A program made the translations under genes and the position numbers. A DNA stretch of 64,000 nucleotides from Psammoneis japonica (taxonomy: Eukaryota): the NCBI GenBank assembly GCA_008632985.1, contig QPGO01000271.1:1-64000 (forward strand), in the 5' to 3' direction. A model generated the notes under the pieces. That model searched no databases. It was not told the origin of the DNA and saw only the letters and a program-made list of their open reading frames with translations. Positions 34,701 through 46,100 of this stretch are shown piece by piece (positions within the stretch are counted from its first letter, which is position 1; each line of letters begins with the position of its first letter).

Positions 34701-37589
34701 AAATGAACTAGCAAAAGAGTGCAAGGGTGACTCTGAAAGAGACCCAAAAATGCGCCGTTCAAATGGCAATCGCACGCGGTCGCGTCGCGACAACGAAAAT
34801 GCCGCTCGCAAAAAAAGAGATGAACGTCATGATTGATCAGGTGGTTCAAAAAACACTCAAAGCAAGTTCCTTGAACAAAGAAAAAGAGCACAAGGGCAAA
34901 GAATCAGATTCTGACACCCTCAGTGAAGAAAAATGCCAAATTGATTGGATGATCCAGACTGAATCCGAAGAACAATTTTGGTCTGTTCACGAATTGCATG
35001 CTTTGCTGGATGTTAGGAAGCCTGGAAAAAAGGCAGAAATAATTCACACTGGTCCAGGAGTCATCATTTACATGATTGCTTCCTTGGGAAAGGAGAGAAA
35101 AAAAAAAGCATCTACGTGTTCCTGTCGATGACGGAACATCGTCAACCACAATTTTGCGCAAATTCGTGCGAAAGTTGAGAACACAAGAATCCGCCACCAA
35201 AAACTTGGGAAACCAAGGGTGAGCTCTTTACGACTGACAGTAAACACCGAATTCAGTTCTCACTGTGCGAAATTTAAGGCATGCTGATGTTCAAACAGCA
35301 CATGTTGAAAACACCAAATTTTCTTCAGGTTCAAATGATGTGATCATGGGACGCGACTTAATGTCCAGTCCTGCAAGTCACACTGGACTACGCAAATGAA
35401 GAAATCTAATGGGAAGAAGCAATTGCCTTATGAAGAATGTTCATACACTCTTCGATGCCGATGTTTTCAAGCTGAAAACCGATCACATTGAAAAATGTGA
35501 CGCCGTGAATGGAGTCAACAACGGAACCAATGGTCCTCGACTCACATCATCACGCCATCGATCTTAATCAAGTGACAACTACGGCGATGCATCTAACCCA
35601 AATGAACACAACCAACTCAATCTTCTTCTCAAGAGGTTGAAATCGTTTTGAAAAGTTCCTCAGACGAATGTGTGGGAAGCATCAGTGGATCTCATCGTGG
35701 AAAATCTGACGCGATTCCACGACGCGTGAGAACCTTCTCCTATCACAGTCTTTGGAGGCGTCCAATCAAAAGGAGTTTGACCCATTGTGAAAGATTGAAG
35801 TCTTAAGAATGAAATTGCTCTGAACAAGTCGCTCTGAGACTCATTGTCCAAAGAAAACAGGTCGAGTTCGACCGCACCCGACACTCAGAAGCTCAGTGTA
35901 AGGTTCGTGCAGGTGGTGTATCCTTTACCCAATATTCAGGAAATGCCATTGAAGCAAGAACGTTTCATGTGTGTAATCTATTTGATTCAAACATGGAATG
36001 CCACCATGTCAAATAAAAAAAGCACACGTCGTGCTCACACGAAAATCATGCCGTGGGGAGAAAATGAGCACTGTGGACTTCCAATGAGAATCTATAGAGC
36101 CCCAGACATTTTTATACAACACTTGAGTGAACTCATAACAGGTTTGAAGTTGTCAGAACGACCACATGTGATCGTTTGTGCCTGACAAAAGTAACTTCAA
36201 AATGTCACCTGTGCAAGTAACAGCTCAACACGGCATTCAAACGACTAGAACAGTCGCTTAGAAGGTTAACAACAAAAGTCCTTCACTATTTAACTTGAAA
36301 TAAACTATCAAGACTTCCATACGTAACGACATGCATTCGATTACAAAGAAAATGGAGGCGATTCAAGCCATCGCAACATGAGAAAAACGTAAAGAACACT
36401 ACGACATCTCGTCGTTATACGTTACTACTATCGAGACATGTAGTCTCAACGATCTCCTGTACAATACTAGCCAGATTCACCTCAATAAAGGTCAAACGGC
36501 AAAAGTACAAGTACGGAACGAAAAGTCTCCGAAAATATGGAGCGTGTCAAATCAAAAACTACATTGTTATCATACACGTATTTCAATGTTATACGTTACA
36601 ACGGAAAAAAGAACTTCTGTCCATAGTGAAAACACTTAAAAAATTCCGAAATATTATATTGTTTGGCCAACAGATTTATGTATATATACGGATCATAAGA
36701 CACAACGGACAAAGTCATACGTTGACGACTTACAATAGAAAACTTCAGTCCCCAATTAAAATACAGCGAGGACAAGGCGAACATCGTCGCGATAGACGCG
36801 ATCAGCCGACTTACTATAGAAAATTGAATCCTACGACAATGTCCTACCGTTAAAACGGGTTAAAGACATTCCCTCCAAATTGTCGGACGCGACATATCAT
36901 ACGAACACTTTTCGTGGAGGCGAGCGAGATCGAAAAATGCTCATGTCACAAGGATAAAATCGCCTTTTTAAAGGACGATTTAGGAAAAAACAGTGACAGA
37001 TTGGTGTACATTATACGTATCCACTTCACACTGGCAAAAGACAATCTCACAACACCCGTACGGTTGTATTGTACAATGTACGAGGCAAGACATTAAAATA
37101 TACATCATGTCGACACACGAGATGTGCCAAAGATCTAGAAAAAGAAAAGAAAAATGGACATTTATCCACTTAGTGCACGAAACCAGTGCCTTCGGAATGA
37201 CAAAATAACACCGGTATGTCAGAAAGAAACATCTAAATAACGATTAAAATCCAACTGATAGATGGTTGAAGTACAAAAAAAAAATCCATAATGGAATTCA
37301 TAACCATCACAGGATTGATTGTCAAGACGAAATGGTCATAACATCTTTGACCATCGTTTATTATTACTTATGAAACGTGGTAGTGCAGCAGAGCAATATA
37401 AGACTGACTAAATAAAAAGGAAACCATGGAAAACAGACAGACGTGATGGTTGCTTTTGAGAAAAAAGCAAAAAACCATCACGCGCACCGCAAACCGCAGC
37501 AGCACCATGGAGGTGCCGCTGTGTTCATAAAAAGCGACCGTCACTGGGACAACATCACACGGTTAAAAGCATTGACATAAGGTAATGCG

Positions 37590-38020
37590 AATCTGTCGAG
37601 TGTTCTGGTGGTGTTTGTTTTTTGGCATCATCTAAAATTCTTGTTGCAACACTCTGTTTAGATGGACAGCATGTTTGTGGTTTCTCTGCGACTCGGCTAC
37701 ATTCATGAATCGACCCTCACTGGAACAATGTCACATGATGCAGAGCATGGACATGACTCAATGTGAATGTGACGAGTGTGATGGTTGTGTTTGTTTTTTG
37801 ATGTCGTCTAAAATTCTTGTTGCTGCACTCTGTTTGGATGATTTTGTGTGGTTTCTACGCAACTCGGCCATGCTCCGTATTGATGAAGCGACCATCACTG
37901 GGTCAATGTCACATGATTAACATCATGGATGTGAGGTAACATGAATGCATCGAGTGTGATGGTTGTGTTTCTTTTTGGTGTCATCTAAAATTTTTGTTGT
38001 CACACACTCTGTTCAGATGG
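37590..38020 (+). repeat. Three ~177-bp subterminal tandem repeats in the Sola-like element
   Basis: GAGTGT..TGGT.GTGTTT..TCTAAAATT.TTGTTG..CACTCTGTT at ~37598, ~37773, ~37952. Confidence 0.8.
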
Positions 38021-38051
38021 ACAGCGCCGCCGACGTGATCGCTCCAACCAA

Positions 38052-40346
38052 TCAACCGTGCCAGAAGGGACCATGTGGACGCGCCAAAATTTCCTCAATG
38101 GTAGAACAGTTAAGAGTGGAGTGAAGGGTTTGCATGTGCTGTTGTACTTCAGCAGCTGCAGTTGGATGCAATGCCGCAATCGGAAGCATTTGTTGTTGTA
38201 GACCATGCGGGTTGACGAAATTCGGGTTGACGAAATGCGGCGGCGGCGGGGCGGCAGCAGCAGCTGGTGCTGCAGGTTGCTGGGCTGTAAAATGTGGTTG
38301 AGTGGCAGGAACAGCTGGGGGTTGAGTGGACGCAGCAGCAGCAGCGGCAGTGGGAGATTGTCTTGATCTCGAATTGGAAACAGTCTTTTTGCTCCTTTTG
38401 GCCTTGTCTGCTTTTGACTTGTTGTGTCTGTCGATCATTGCTTGTGGTGGCATGGGGCAAATCTCATCCTGACACTCCACTGGAACATGCTTCCTCCATT
38501 TTGTCCCAAGCTCTATTTGTTTAATGTCGGGAATTCCAGGAAATGGAATGACCTGGGGTGCCGCCTGCAAGAGCTCCATTCTGTTGCTGTTGGTCCCAGG
38601 CTTTTTGAATTCTCTTGTGGCAGTCTCACCTTGATCCTCCTCCCGGCAAGACACCTGAATTTTCATGTCAGTTGGCGAGGCTTTTGTCACAGAAAAGATG
38701 TGGCTCTTGTGGACGGTGCTGGGGGCGAAGCGTCGATACAATGAATCGAGTTTCTTATCCCAGTCTTGGAAGTCTTCCTCGTCCACAGCGGTTGCGGTAG
38801 TGTTCTCGTTTTCATTCAACAATTCCATCATTTGCTTGAAGGTGTGGACATTGGAGTCTCTGCACAGCTTTTTCAAGATGTCACACATCCGGTCGCAAGG
38901 GTTCTTTGTGTGCCCGACTACAAGAAACACAAACTGTACGGTTTGACAGAATCCCCGCTCAACCAAGTAGAGGGCCAGCCGAAGAACCATCCTGTTCTTG
39001 TTCTGACCCGAGCAGTTGTCCACAACAATGGCAAGCTTTACTCGAATTTGCTTTGCTGTTCCATCATCATTGACCTCCAAATGCCCTTTGTCCTTTAGAC
39101 ACTTCACAACGAGTGATGCGACGTTGTTGCCTCCTTTTTTACCTTGGCCCTCGTGGTGCACGTATGCTTGGAGCAAGTTGTCTTTCATGTTGACAAGTCC
39201 AAAACAATTTACATTCAATGGAGAAAAGCAGTGAGTGTCACCTGATTGCTCATTGCCAAGGTGTGGAAGGTCCATGTTTTCGGAACAGTCGCCAACAAGC
39301 ACGTCAATAAGTTCCTGTTCAAGGCATTCGGCAGTGAGAGAATTGAACAGTTCTCTCTGAGCAACAGCCTGTTGGATGTGGATTTGAGCTTTTGCTGCTG
39401 CCTCCTCTCTCCTCAGACATCCATTCACTGGAGTGTCACTGCTGTTCAAAGGACGAGGCGACGAGAAGCAACGAAAAGCATGCGACAGCACAAAGCAGTC
39501 AGAACAAACATCCTCCCTAGCTTTAGGAAGAACCAGCTTTGGGTGGCTTCTCTTCCAGAAAGAACGGAAAGTTTCAAAAACAACTGTCTTTTGCGGCTCC
39601 ACGTCTTCTGCTGCTTGTGTCAATTCAATCGCCCCTTTGTCATTCTTGAGCTTGGCTTTCCATCCTCGTTCGCCAACCCATTTGCCGTACAGTCGGCGAG
39701 CCGTCCAATGGGTTGGGAGCTCCAGCAGCTCCTCATCATCATCCCTGGTCCCTGTTCCGACTTCTAGTCGAACAAACCTTGTGGCTCGAGGAGAAGCAAG
39801 TTCCATCATGTCTTTGAAAAAAACATGCAACGACGTTTCCACATCTACCTTCATTCTTGCATTTGATGGTTTACCCTTGTTGCCATGCGACGTCACCATG
39901 TTTGATTGAATCGCCTCTTTCACCCTTCTGTCAGCTTTTTGACGTACATTCACAATGTGCTTGAAAGCATTTTTGCATGTCAACACGTCGGAGCCCGGTG
40001 GCTTGCCCGCAGCTGGAACGGGAAGAAATTTCGCGGACTGGCATGACCGACATTGTTGCAGGATGTAGCTCTCCCTGTCGTCTCTGCTCTTGTGTGCCAC
40101 CTCATCCAACATGAACTTTGCAATGCAGGGAAGCCACTCTGTTCGCGTCCGAAAAGCATGCAAACATTCGCACCTCGTTGGCCGCCCCCGAACATCCACA
40201 CACTTCGGGCTGTCAAACACATTTTGAAGAAATTCCTTGCACATCTCAAGAGCATCCTCACGTGAAGGGTGAGGCTTAACTCTGAGCTTTGCATGCAGGC
40301 TGCCAACTGAGTCAGACCGGTTGTTGCCGGCATCGTCGTCATCCAT
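38052..40346 (-). CDS. Sola-type DDD transposase, 764 aa, open but partly Tyr->Cys/His converted (probably inactive)
   Basis: DVCSDC, DCSENMDLP, DTHCFSPLNVNCFG, EGQGKKGGNNVAS, DNCSGQNKN, FLVVGHTKNPCDRM. Confidence 0.85.
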   Translation of the reverse strand: MDDDDAGNNRSDSVGSLHAKLRVKPHPSREDALEMCKEFLQNVFDSPKCVDVRGRPTRCECLHAFRTRTEWLPCIAKFMLDEVAHKSRDDRESYILQQCRSCQSAKFLPVPAAGKPPGSDVLTCKNAFKHIVNVRQKADRRVKEAIQSNMVTSHGNKGKPSNARMKVDVETSLHVFFKDMMELASPRATRFVRLEVGTGTRDDDEELLELPTHWTARRLYGKWVGERGWKAKLKNDKGAIELTQAAEDVEPQKTVVFETFRSFWKRSHPKLVLPKAREDVCSDCFVLSHAFRCFSSPRPLNSSDTPVNGCLRREEAAAKAQIHIQQAVAQRELFNSLTAECLEQELIDVLVGDCSENMDLPHLGNEQSGDTHCFSPLNVNCFGLVNMKDNLLQAYVHHEGQGKKGGNNVASLVVKCLKDKGHLEVNDDGTAKQIRVKLAIVVDNCSGQNKNRMVLRLALYLVERGFCQTVQFVFLVVGHTKNPCDRMCDILKKLCRDSNVHTFKQMMELLNENENTTATAVDEEDFQDWDKKLDSLYRRFAPSTVHKSHIFSVTKASPTDMKIQVSCREEDQGETATREFKKPGTNSNRMELLQAAPQVIPFPGIPDIKQIELGTKWRKHVPVECQDEICPMPPQAMIDRHNKSKADKAKRSKKTVSNSRSRQSPTAAAAAASTQPPAVPATQPHFTAQQPAAPAAAAAPPPPHFVNPNFVNPHGLQQQMLPIAALHPTAAAEVQQHMQTLHSTLNCSTIEEILARPHGPFWHG

Positions 40347-41989
40347 TGCGATTGTGGACGAAAGACAGTTGCTGCTGCAGGAAAATGGTGTGCCATTCTA
40401 TTTTCTGAAAAAAATAAAAATGGCTGCCAAAAGTGCACCAGCGGCAACAACAGCAGCTTCTTACGTGGCTGACAAAGTGCGTGGCATGCAATTTACGCGC
40501 ATTTTGAAGAGTGCGCGCATCCGGCATGCGATCCCATGGAAACCCCAAGATTGGTGCCATTTTTCAAGAAATCGGACCCACAAAATGACCGACACATCGT
40601 TTGAAAGCATTTTTGCTCTAGTTTTCACTGATGCCAAAAGCAAAAAACTCAATTTTTGGCCCAAAATTGGCAAATGGTGACCTTTCTATTTAGTCAGTCT
40701 CACATGGCACACAAAGCAAGCCCGCCAAACTACATGAAATCCACAAGCAAGCAAGTGAACGCCATAATTAAGAGCGTACATTAAGTGCTGGGCACGATGC
40801 TATGTACAATCGACATCAGGAAAAACACTTACTCCAGGACAATTAGTCCTTGTGTTCATATCAACAAGAACGTCAATGAGAATACTCGACGTAATACCAC
40901 ATATATACACATTAAGTGAGAAACAAACAATGTCACTCTCAAAAGACATTCGGAAATTGGAACGGCCCTATATTGCCTATACAAAACAACAACAGTCATT
41001 GCTAATGGCACAATACAGTGAAAGTGGAGACATTGTTGACACTGTCGATGTCCGTCGAACAATCCACTTACAAATGACTCTAATGTGCAATTAGGGAGGC
41101 GAATGCAGTATGCGACTGTTACACACATATTTATGATTATATATTATTTATATGTCAATCGTACCACAGTCGTGGATGCGTGCAAAGGACAGAACGATCA
41201 CACAGAGTTGATCGGATGTCGAGAATTGCAAATACGATCGATTGACGATGTTGACATCTTACGTGTCAATGGCAATCGTATCCGGACAATCTGTTGTCAC
41301 GAATATATTCTCCGAAAGGCCTTTTGTCTGTAGAAGCAGTGCAGAAGCTTTAGGCCATTGAGAACTCGTTCGGAGAAACCAAAAATCACAGAGCAAAATT
41401 TGACCTTATAATTTCCACTTTTCGTGCACTATTCTACTTTCGTTTACACTCGTTCTTCGAGCATAGTGCAGATCACAGCTCTGGTCTGAAGAGCACATTG
41501 TTCACATTCATGAACATTGATGTGTGCAAAGGACTCGGTGATCACGCGAGCAACCATGGGACCAACATGGCGCTCACCACAAAAATTGATCGATCGCAAC
41601 AATGCCATCGTGCCGTTCGCGATGCCCATTCCAGGCGATGAACATCATGGTGCATTGGCTCTGACAAAGTGAACAAATGCTGCCATGACAGCCAAGAATT
41701 TGGTGCAAAACAAGACAGAGTGTTGAACAGCATCAGCAGGTTCTAGAATTGTGAGATGTCACACTGCCGGGGCCACCAAATGAGCGACAGTGGACCAATC
41801 GCCAACAGTGCACAAACTGCCTGTGTTCGTGACAGTGTGTCAGCATTTGTTCACTGGAGCAGGCCAAACAACTTGTGCACCCACACTGCAATGATTGCCA
41901 AGACAAGCTTTGCCTTTTGCTGTGGTCCACTGGCTCTGACAGACATTTGTGTGCATTTCAATTGTGACATTTTGAAAAAATTTGCAGGT

Positions 41990-42305
41990 CCATTTGACAG
42001 GAGGGAGAGTTGATTTGCCGCCAAGTTTGCTGAGTGGAAAGTTGGCAGGAGGGGGGGCATGCAGCAACGGATTGGAGGCATCAACAGACCAGTTGGTGCA
42101 CAATCCAAATGGACATGTCAAGTCTGCAATCGTTTGGAAACCATTGACAAGGGTTTCTTCAATGCGTTTGTGACAGTGGATGCAAGACGCAAGATGACAA
42201 CCAACTTTCTTGATGTTCAAAACATGGCCGAACAATGCATGATTGGTTTTTATGCCAAGTTTCATTCCAGNTTTCCAGCTGGTCTCCAGATCGCAACCAG
42301 ACATC
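41990..42305 (+). repeat. Dispersed repeat shared with ~57945-58222
   Basis: GAGGGAGAGTTGATTTGCC..CCAACTTTCTTGATGTTCA..TTCCAGCTGGTCTCCAGAT at both loci. Confidence 0.8.
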
Positions 42306-42331
42306 TGCGATCAAATTTGTTGCCATCATTT

Positions 42332-42592
42332 TGCAGTGTGCATGCAGACAAAAGGTCATTTTTGTCACAACCTTTGTGACTTTTAAAGGCTGTGACACAT
42401 CGCCATGATGCATGAGCTCTTGCAAGCAGCTGGACATTGCACTCCTCCCCATGTGTCGCACAACCACACCGCTCTTGCTGACATGACATGACACTGAACG
42501 TGTTTTGGCTGAACAGCAGGGGTGTGTGCAAAGGCAGATGCAGAACTTTGTGCAGAGTTTTTGCATGTTTGACAGTGATCAACGTTGCTGCA
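42332..42592 (-). mobile_element. Truncated TRIM copy (one LTR plus part of the interior)
   Basis: Aligns with ~26126-26382. Confidence 0.8.
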
Positions 42593-42964
42593 CATCTGGG
42601 ATGCCAATGATCTGGGTCTGACTGTCTGCCACAATCTGGGCATTTGTTGACTTCAATGCCAGATTGTTGTCAACTTGTGAGCCAATTCGCTCCTTAAATG
42701 CAATGTGAGAACTGCATGAGTTTGTGAGCTTCTAAAACCCAAATCGCCCCCCACTTTTAAGCGCAATCGTTCTTTTCACACAATGCTGACCTGCGCCCCA
42801 ATTGACATTTGCGGTGTCTCGTTCTTTTGGCACAAATGTTGCTGCCCACAATCCACCCTCCTTTTCCACCAACTCATCCTACATTTCATCTCTTTCCTGT
42901 GTTGTTTTCAAAACCAAATTCCCAATTGCCACACGTTCTTGCATCTAAACCGCACCACAGAATG

Positions 42965-44140
42965 TCATTTTTTATTTTCGTTTTTCCAGATTTTGTTGTT
43001 TGTTTCAAATTGTGTTTGCACACCAGTTTGATTGGTGGCCATTGTGGCACTTGCTGCCGCTCCATTGCCTGCAGCCACTGCCTGCAATGGCAGGTCCTCT
43101 CCCATTGGCGCCGCCCATCCTTCCTCTCTCTCCTTTCTCTTTTTCTCTCTTTTGCACTTCTTGTTTTCCTCCTCAGACAAGTTCATCTTCTCTTGCCTTC
43201 TCTCCTTGAACCATGCACCGAATCCCTGGTTGTTCTCTCTGTCTTTCACCACCCACTGACGTGGATTGTTGCACTTCTTGATCCCCTCCTTGCTCCATCC
43301 TTGGCTCCTCTTTGCTGACTCCCCCACCGCCTGCACTGTGCACTTTGCAGGAGCAGCATCTTTCACAGTCAGCTTTCTTCTCCTTGCAGCATTTTCTTCC
43401 TTTTCCAATTTCTCTGCCATGTCCTTCACCTTGTTGCAGTGGTTCAAGTGCGCTGGCAGAGCAAACACCTTCGACGAAATGGAAAGCCACTCCTGAAGCA
43501 TGTCGGTTGTGCTTCTGCCAAACTGCACTTGTCTCACCACTGTTGGCACAACAGTTTCCAAGAACCACACATGTGTGTCCTTGTCATTTCTTCCCTTTGT
43601 CAAATCTTCATAATCCACCAGCGATCCCTCCAAAGCAGCAGCTGCACAGACAAAAGCAAAGGAAGTGACACTCATCTCGTTGAACAATTGCCTCCAACAC
43701 AATCAACAGCATGCACACATCTGCTTGCCTGTCATTCTTCTCCCAATGTTGTCCTGCACATTGTTCCTCTTTCGGTTGAGTTTGGTCCTGAACACCTCTT
43801 TGCATTCTTCTCAGAATGCCTCCGGTGAAGATGCCATGCTCCTTGACTCCTGCAGAACCAATTTCATGCAATCTCCTCCCACGGCGAGTTCATGATCAAA
43901 GATTGTGAACTTGTGATGTGGCCAAACACTCTCATTGATTGCCTTTGTCAACATCGATGCTGACAATTTCTTGCCCACCACCGGTGCATGATCCAACATA
44001 AGACATCCCTCTGTGGGAGTCACCGCCGAACTTGAGTCCCCACCTGTGCACTGGAATCTGTTCAATTCCCCATGTTCATTTCTTTGTGCATGAAACAAAG
44101 CTGCCACCGCAGGACTCATGGTGACTTCATGTGACACCAC
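42965..44140 (-). pseudogene. TE accessory ORF (GWSxEG family, probably Plavaka/CACTA-associated)
   Basis: VWPHHKF..KLNRKRNN..WFLETVVPTV..SISSKVFAL..QGWSKEGIKKCN..VVKDR; family assignment from recall, not from a search. Confidence 0.5.
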
Positions 44141-44772
44141 ACAGACAAATCCAATTCTGTCAGTTCATCAGCAACTCTTTGTCATGTCCTTTCTCAACCT
44201 CTCCTGTGAGAACCGCATCCTCCATCTTTTTTACCTTCCCAATGGCTTCCTCTCATTTGGAACTTCCCTCCTTTCCTGTCACTTTGTGAAAGGCAAGTTT
44301 CAAACTGAGCACACTTTGCATGTGATTTTCTTGGTTTTGTCGTTGCTCGCGTGTCTTCTCTTGATTCAAACAGGTCTTTGCATCATTTTTGAGTGCTCAT
44401 CCCCAACCCCATGTTTGAATTTCCACCAACGTTCCACTGTTTTGAATTGTGTGCCTTTGCTGGCCAATCCAATGCACCAATGAAGATTGCAGTGTCATTC
44501 AAATCAATGTCAAACCACATGTTGCATCTCCTTGTGTTGGTGCATGCATTGTGCCTGCTTCCTGATGCAACATCAGTTTCATTTGGTTTGTCAAACCTCC
44601 CACTTGTTTGTGCAAATCCATGTCGCTCATTGTCTCACGTCAATTTGTCCCTGTCTCAATGGGTCATTCTCTCTGCTTCCCCGACACCACATCTCTCCAG
44701 CTGCTCTCTCCATTGCCCAAATTATCCAATCCACTTTCAGTGGCTGCTGAAGGGTGTCAATGTCACTGAGAT

Positions 44773-45504
44773 GTGGTTGTTGTGAGTCATTCCCATCATG
44801 GGAACGCACGCTCCCTCTGTCGCAATCACATGCCGCCAGTTGATGATCAAATTGGCCATTTTGCTGGTGGTGGTGTGGAGCCACACGGTGGTGTGGCAAG
44901 CTTTGCCTTCTTTGCTGAGGTTGTTTGTAACCCTGCTCTCCTTGCACCCCAAACTCAAAGCCCTTTTAATTTCCTCGATGTTGGTGGTGGTGTTGGCAGT
45001 TTTGCGATTGACTGTCGTTTGCTTGTTCCTGCCTGCAATGCCTGCAGCATCAAGTTCCACCACCCCCGTCATGATTTGGGCTCTCAGTGGTGCAATGCCA
45101 TCTGGCACAACCATGCCAGTTGCTGTCCTGCCCTGATCAATCAGGACTTCCTCTCTGAAGATGACGCTGTGCGTCGGTTGTGCCATCTGAACAACTTAAA
45201 GATTTTCTGCAACAACTGCAATGGGCGAATGCTTTTTGACAACAACACAACACAGAACCAACTCAAGGAGACACTGTCCAATGAGTGTCCTGAAGGTGCT
45301 GTCATCATTTCACTGGACGTGATGTTTTGTGTGCACACCCGCAAATGGAGGCATGGAGCATTCTTTGTTCCTGCCCATCCAGACAATCTGTCGTGGGGAG
45401 GCGGTGTCGACAGGCACCTGCTTCACAAGTGCACCAAGAAAAGAGATGATGCCGTGGAGCCAAGGGATTCCACCAGGAACGACCTGGGGTCTGACATCAA
45501 ATGA
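44773..45504 (+). pseudogene. DOT1-like class I SAM-dependent methyltransferase domain
   Basis: In order: PHG (YG), FLDVGGGVG motif I, SIKFHHPRH, NQDFL, KIFCNN, PEGAVIISL, NLSW; parallels DOT1 YGE/DLGSGVG/GDF/IFVNN/GxRIVS/VSW. Confidence 0.65.
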
Positions 45505-45552
45505 AAATTCAAGCCTGCCAAAAGTGGGCAACTTTGCAACTCCCCTTTGTTT

Positions 45553-46100
45553 TTAATGCAACTTTCTTCTGTGTGAGCAATGCATTGTCAATTGGCCCTT
45601 TGCACAAACCTGCTTTTTACCTCTGCTGACTTGCTGCTTGGCCAGTTTTGCATTCCAACAACTGCTTGTTCGCACTCTTGCCATGTCGAAATTGTGGACT
45701 GGACATGCCATGTTCCTTCGACCCGAATTCGTTTTGTTGGGCAAAGCTCGGTGCAACGTTCTTGCATCAAAAACAAATGCAGTGCCTGCTTCTCCAACCA
45801 GCAATTGTTTTTCCAAACCCAACCTGACCAAGTGTCTTTCACGTTCCTTCTCATTCAATGTTGCCTCACAACCAACTGGCCATGTCTCAACTGCACCATT
45901 GTGCTCCATTGTGTCATTGAGGAACAGAAACATGGTGAAAATTTTGTTGCCAGGTGACAACTTTGTTTCCACGTAATTGCGATGAATTTCCCCCTTTGAC
46001 CAGAAGTTTGATCTTGAACTTGAAGCAGGAGCGTTTGCCAGTGTGTGCCGGGATGTCATTCTGCATGAATCACCTGCCAGGAGAAAGCCAGGAATTAACT
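45553..46100 (-). pseudogene. PhyH-like 2-oxoglutarate/Fe(II) dioxygenase domain
   Basis: IHRNY (HxD; CGC-AAT derivable from CGC-GAT by CpG decay), TMFLFLND..NGAVETWP, GEAGTAFVFDARTLHRALPN..R. Confidence 0.7.

Larger units (their letters stand above)
37400..40701 (-). mobile_element. Sola-like (probably Sola2) DNA transposon, ~28-bp TIRs, 4-bp TSD ATAT/ACAT
   Basis: Left AAGACTGACTAAATAAAAAGGAAACCAT; right reverse complement GAGACTGACTAAATAGAAAGGTCACCAT; GRG end and 4-bp TSD fit Sola2. Confidence 0.88.
34727..41090 (+). pseudogene. Heavily frameshifted Gypsy gag-pol relic (interrupted by the Sola-like element)
   Basis: DVIMGRDLM (~35337), YPLPNIQEM and IMPWG..GLPM (35844-36185), EQY|G across the Sola site, TPGQLV (~40831). 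Confidence 0.75.
33051..41470 (+). mobile_element. Non-autonomous Ty3/Gypsy derivative with three 367-bp LTRs, TSD GATC
   Basis: LTRs 33051-33417, 33428-33794, 41104-41470; GATC at 33047-33050 and 41471-41474; PPT AGGGAGGCGAA before 41104. Confidence 0.93.
29936..41853 (-). mobile_element. Copia A copy 3 (inverted; 29936-33050 plus 41471-41853), its LTR/leader split by the Gypsy element
   Basis: Reverse complement of ~14263-17610; gag ORFs 31151-32760; LDSHADTC in ORF 29870-31087; the empty site matches 14612-14650. Confidence 0.88.

Noticed and set aside
19067..40701. ADAR-type RNA editing fixed by reverse transcription
   Set aside because: Changes are strand-symmetric, differ between the two LTRs of one insertion, and affect DNA transposons and TSDs.
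33051..41470. Fungal-type RIP (CA->TA) creating the TA-rich island
   Set aside because: Conserved Tyr motifs, the EQYG empty site and the window-wide lack of TA show TA is ancestral, so the change runs the other way.
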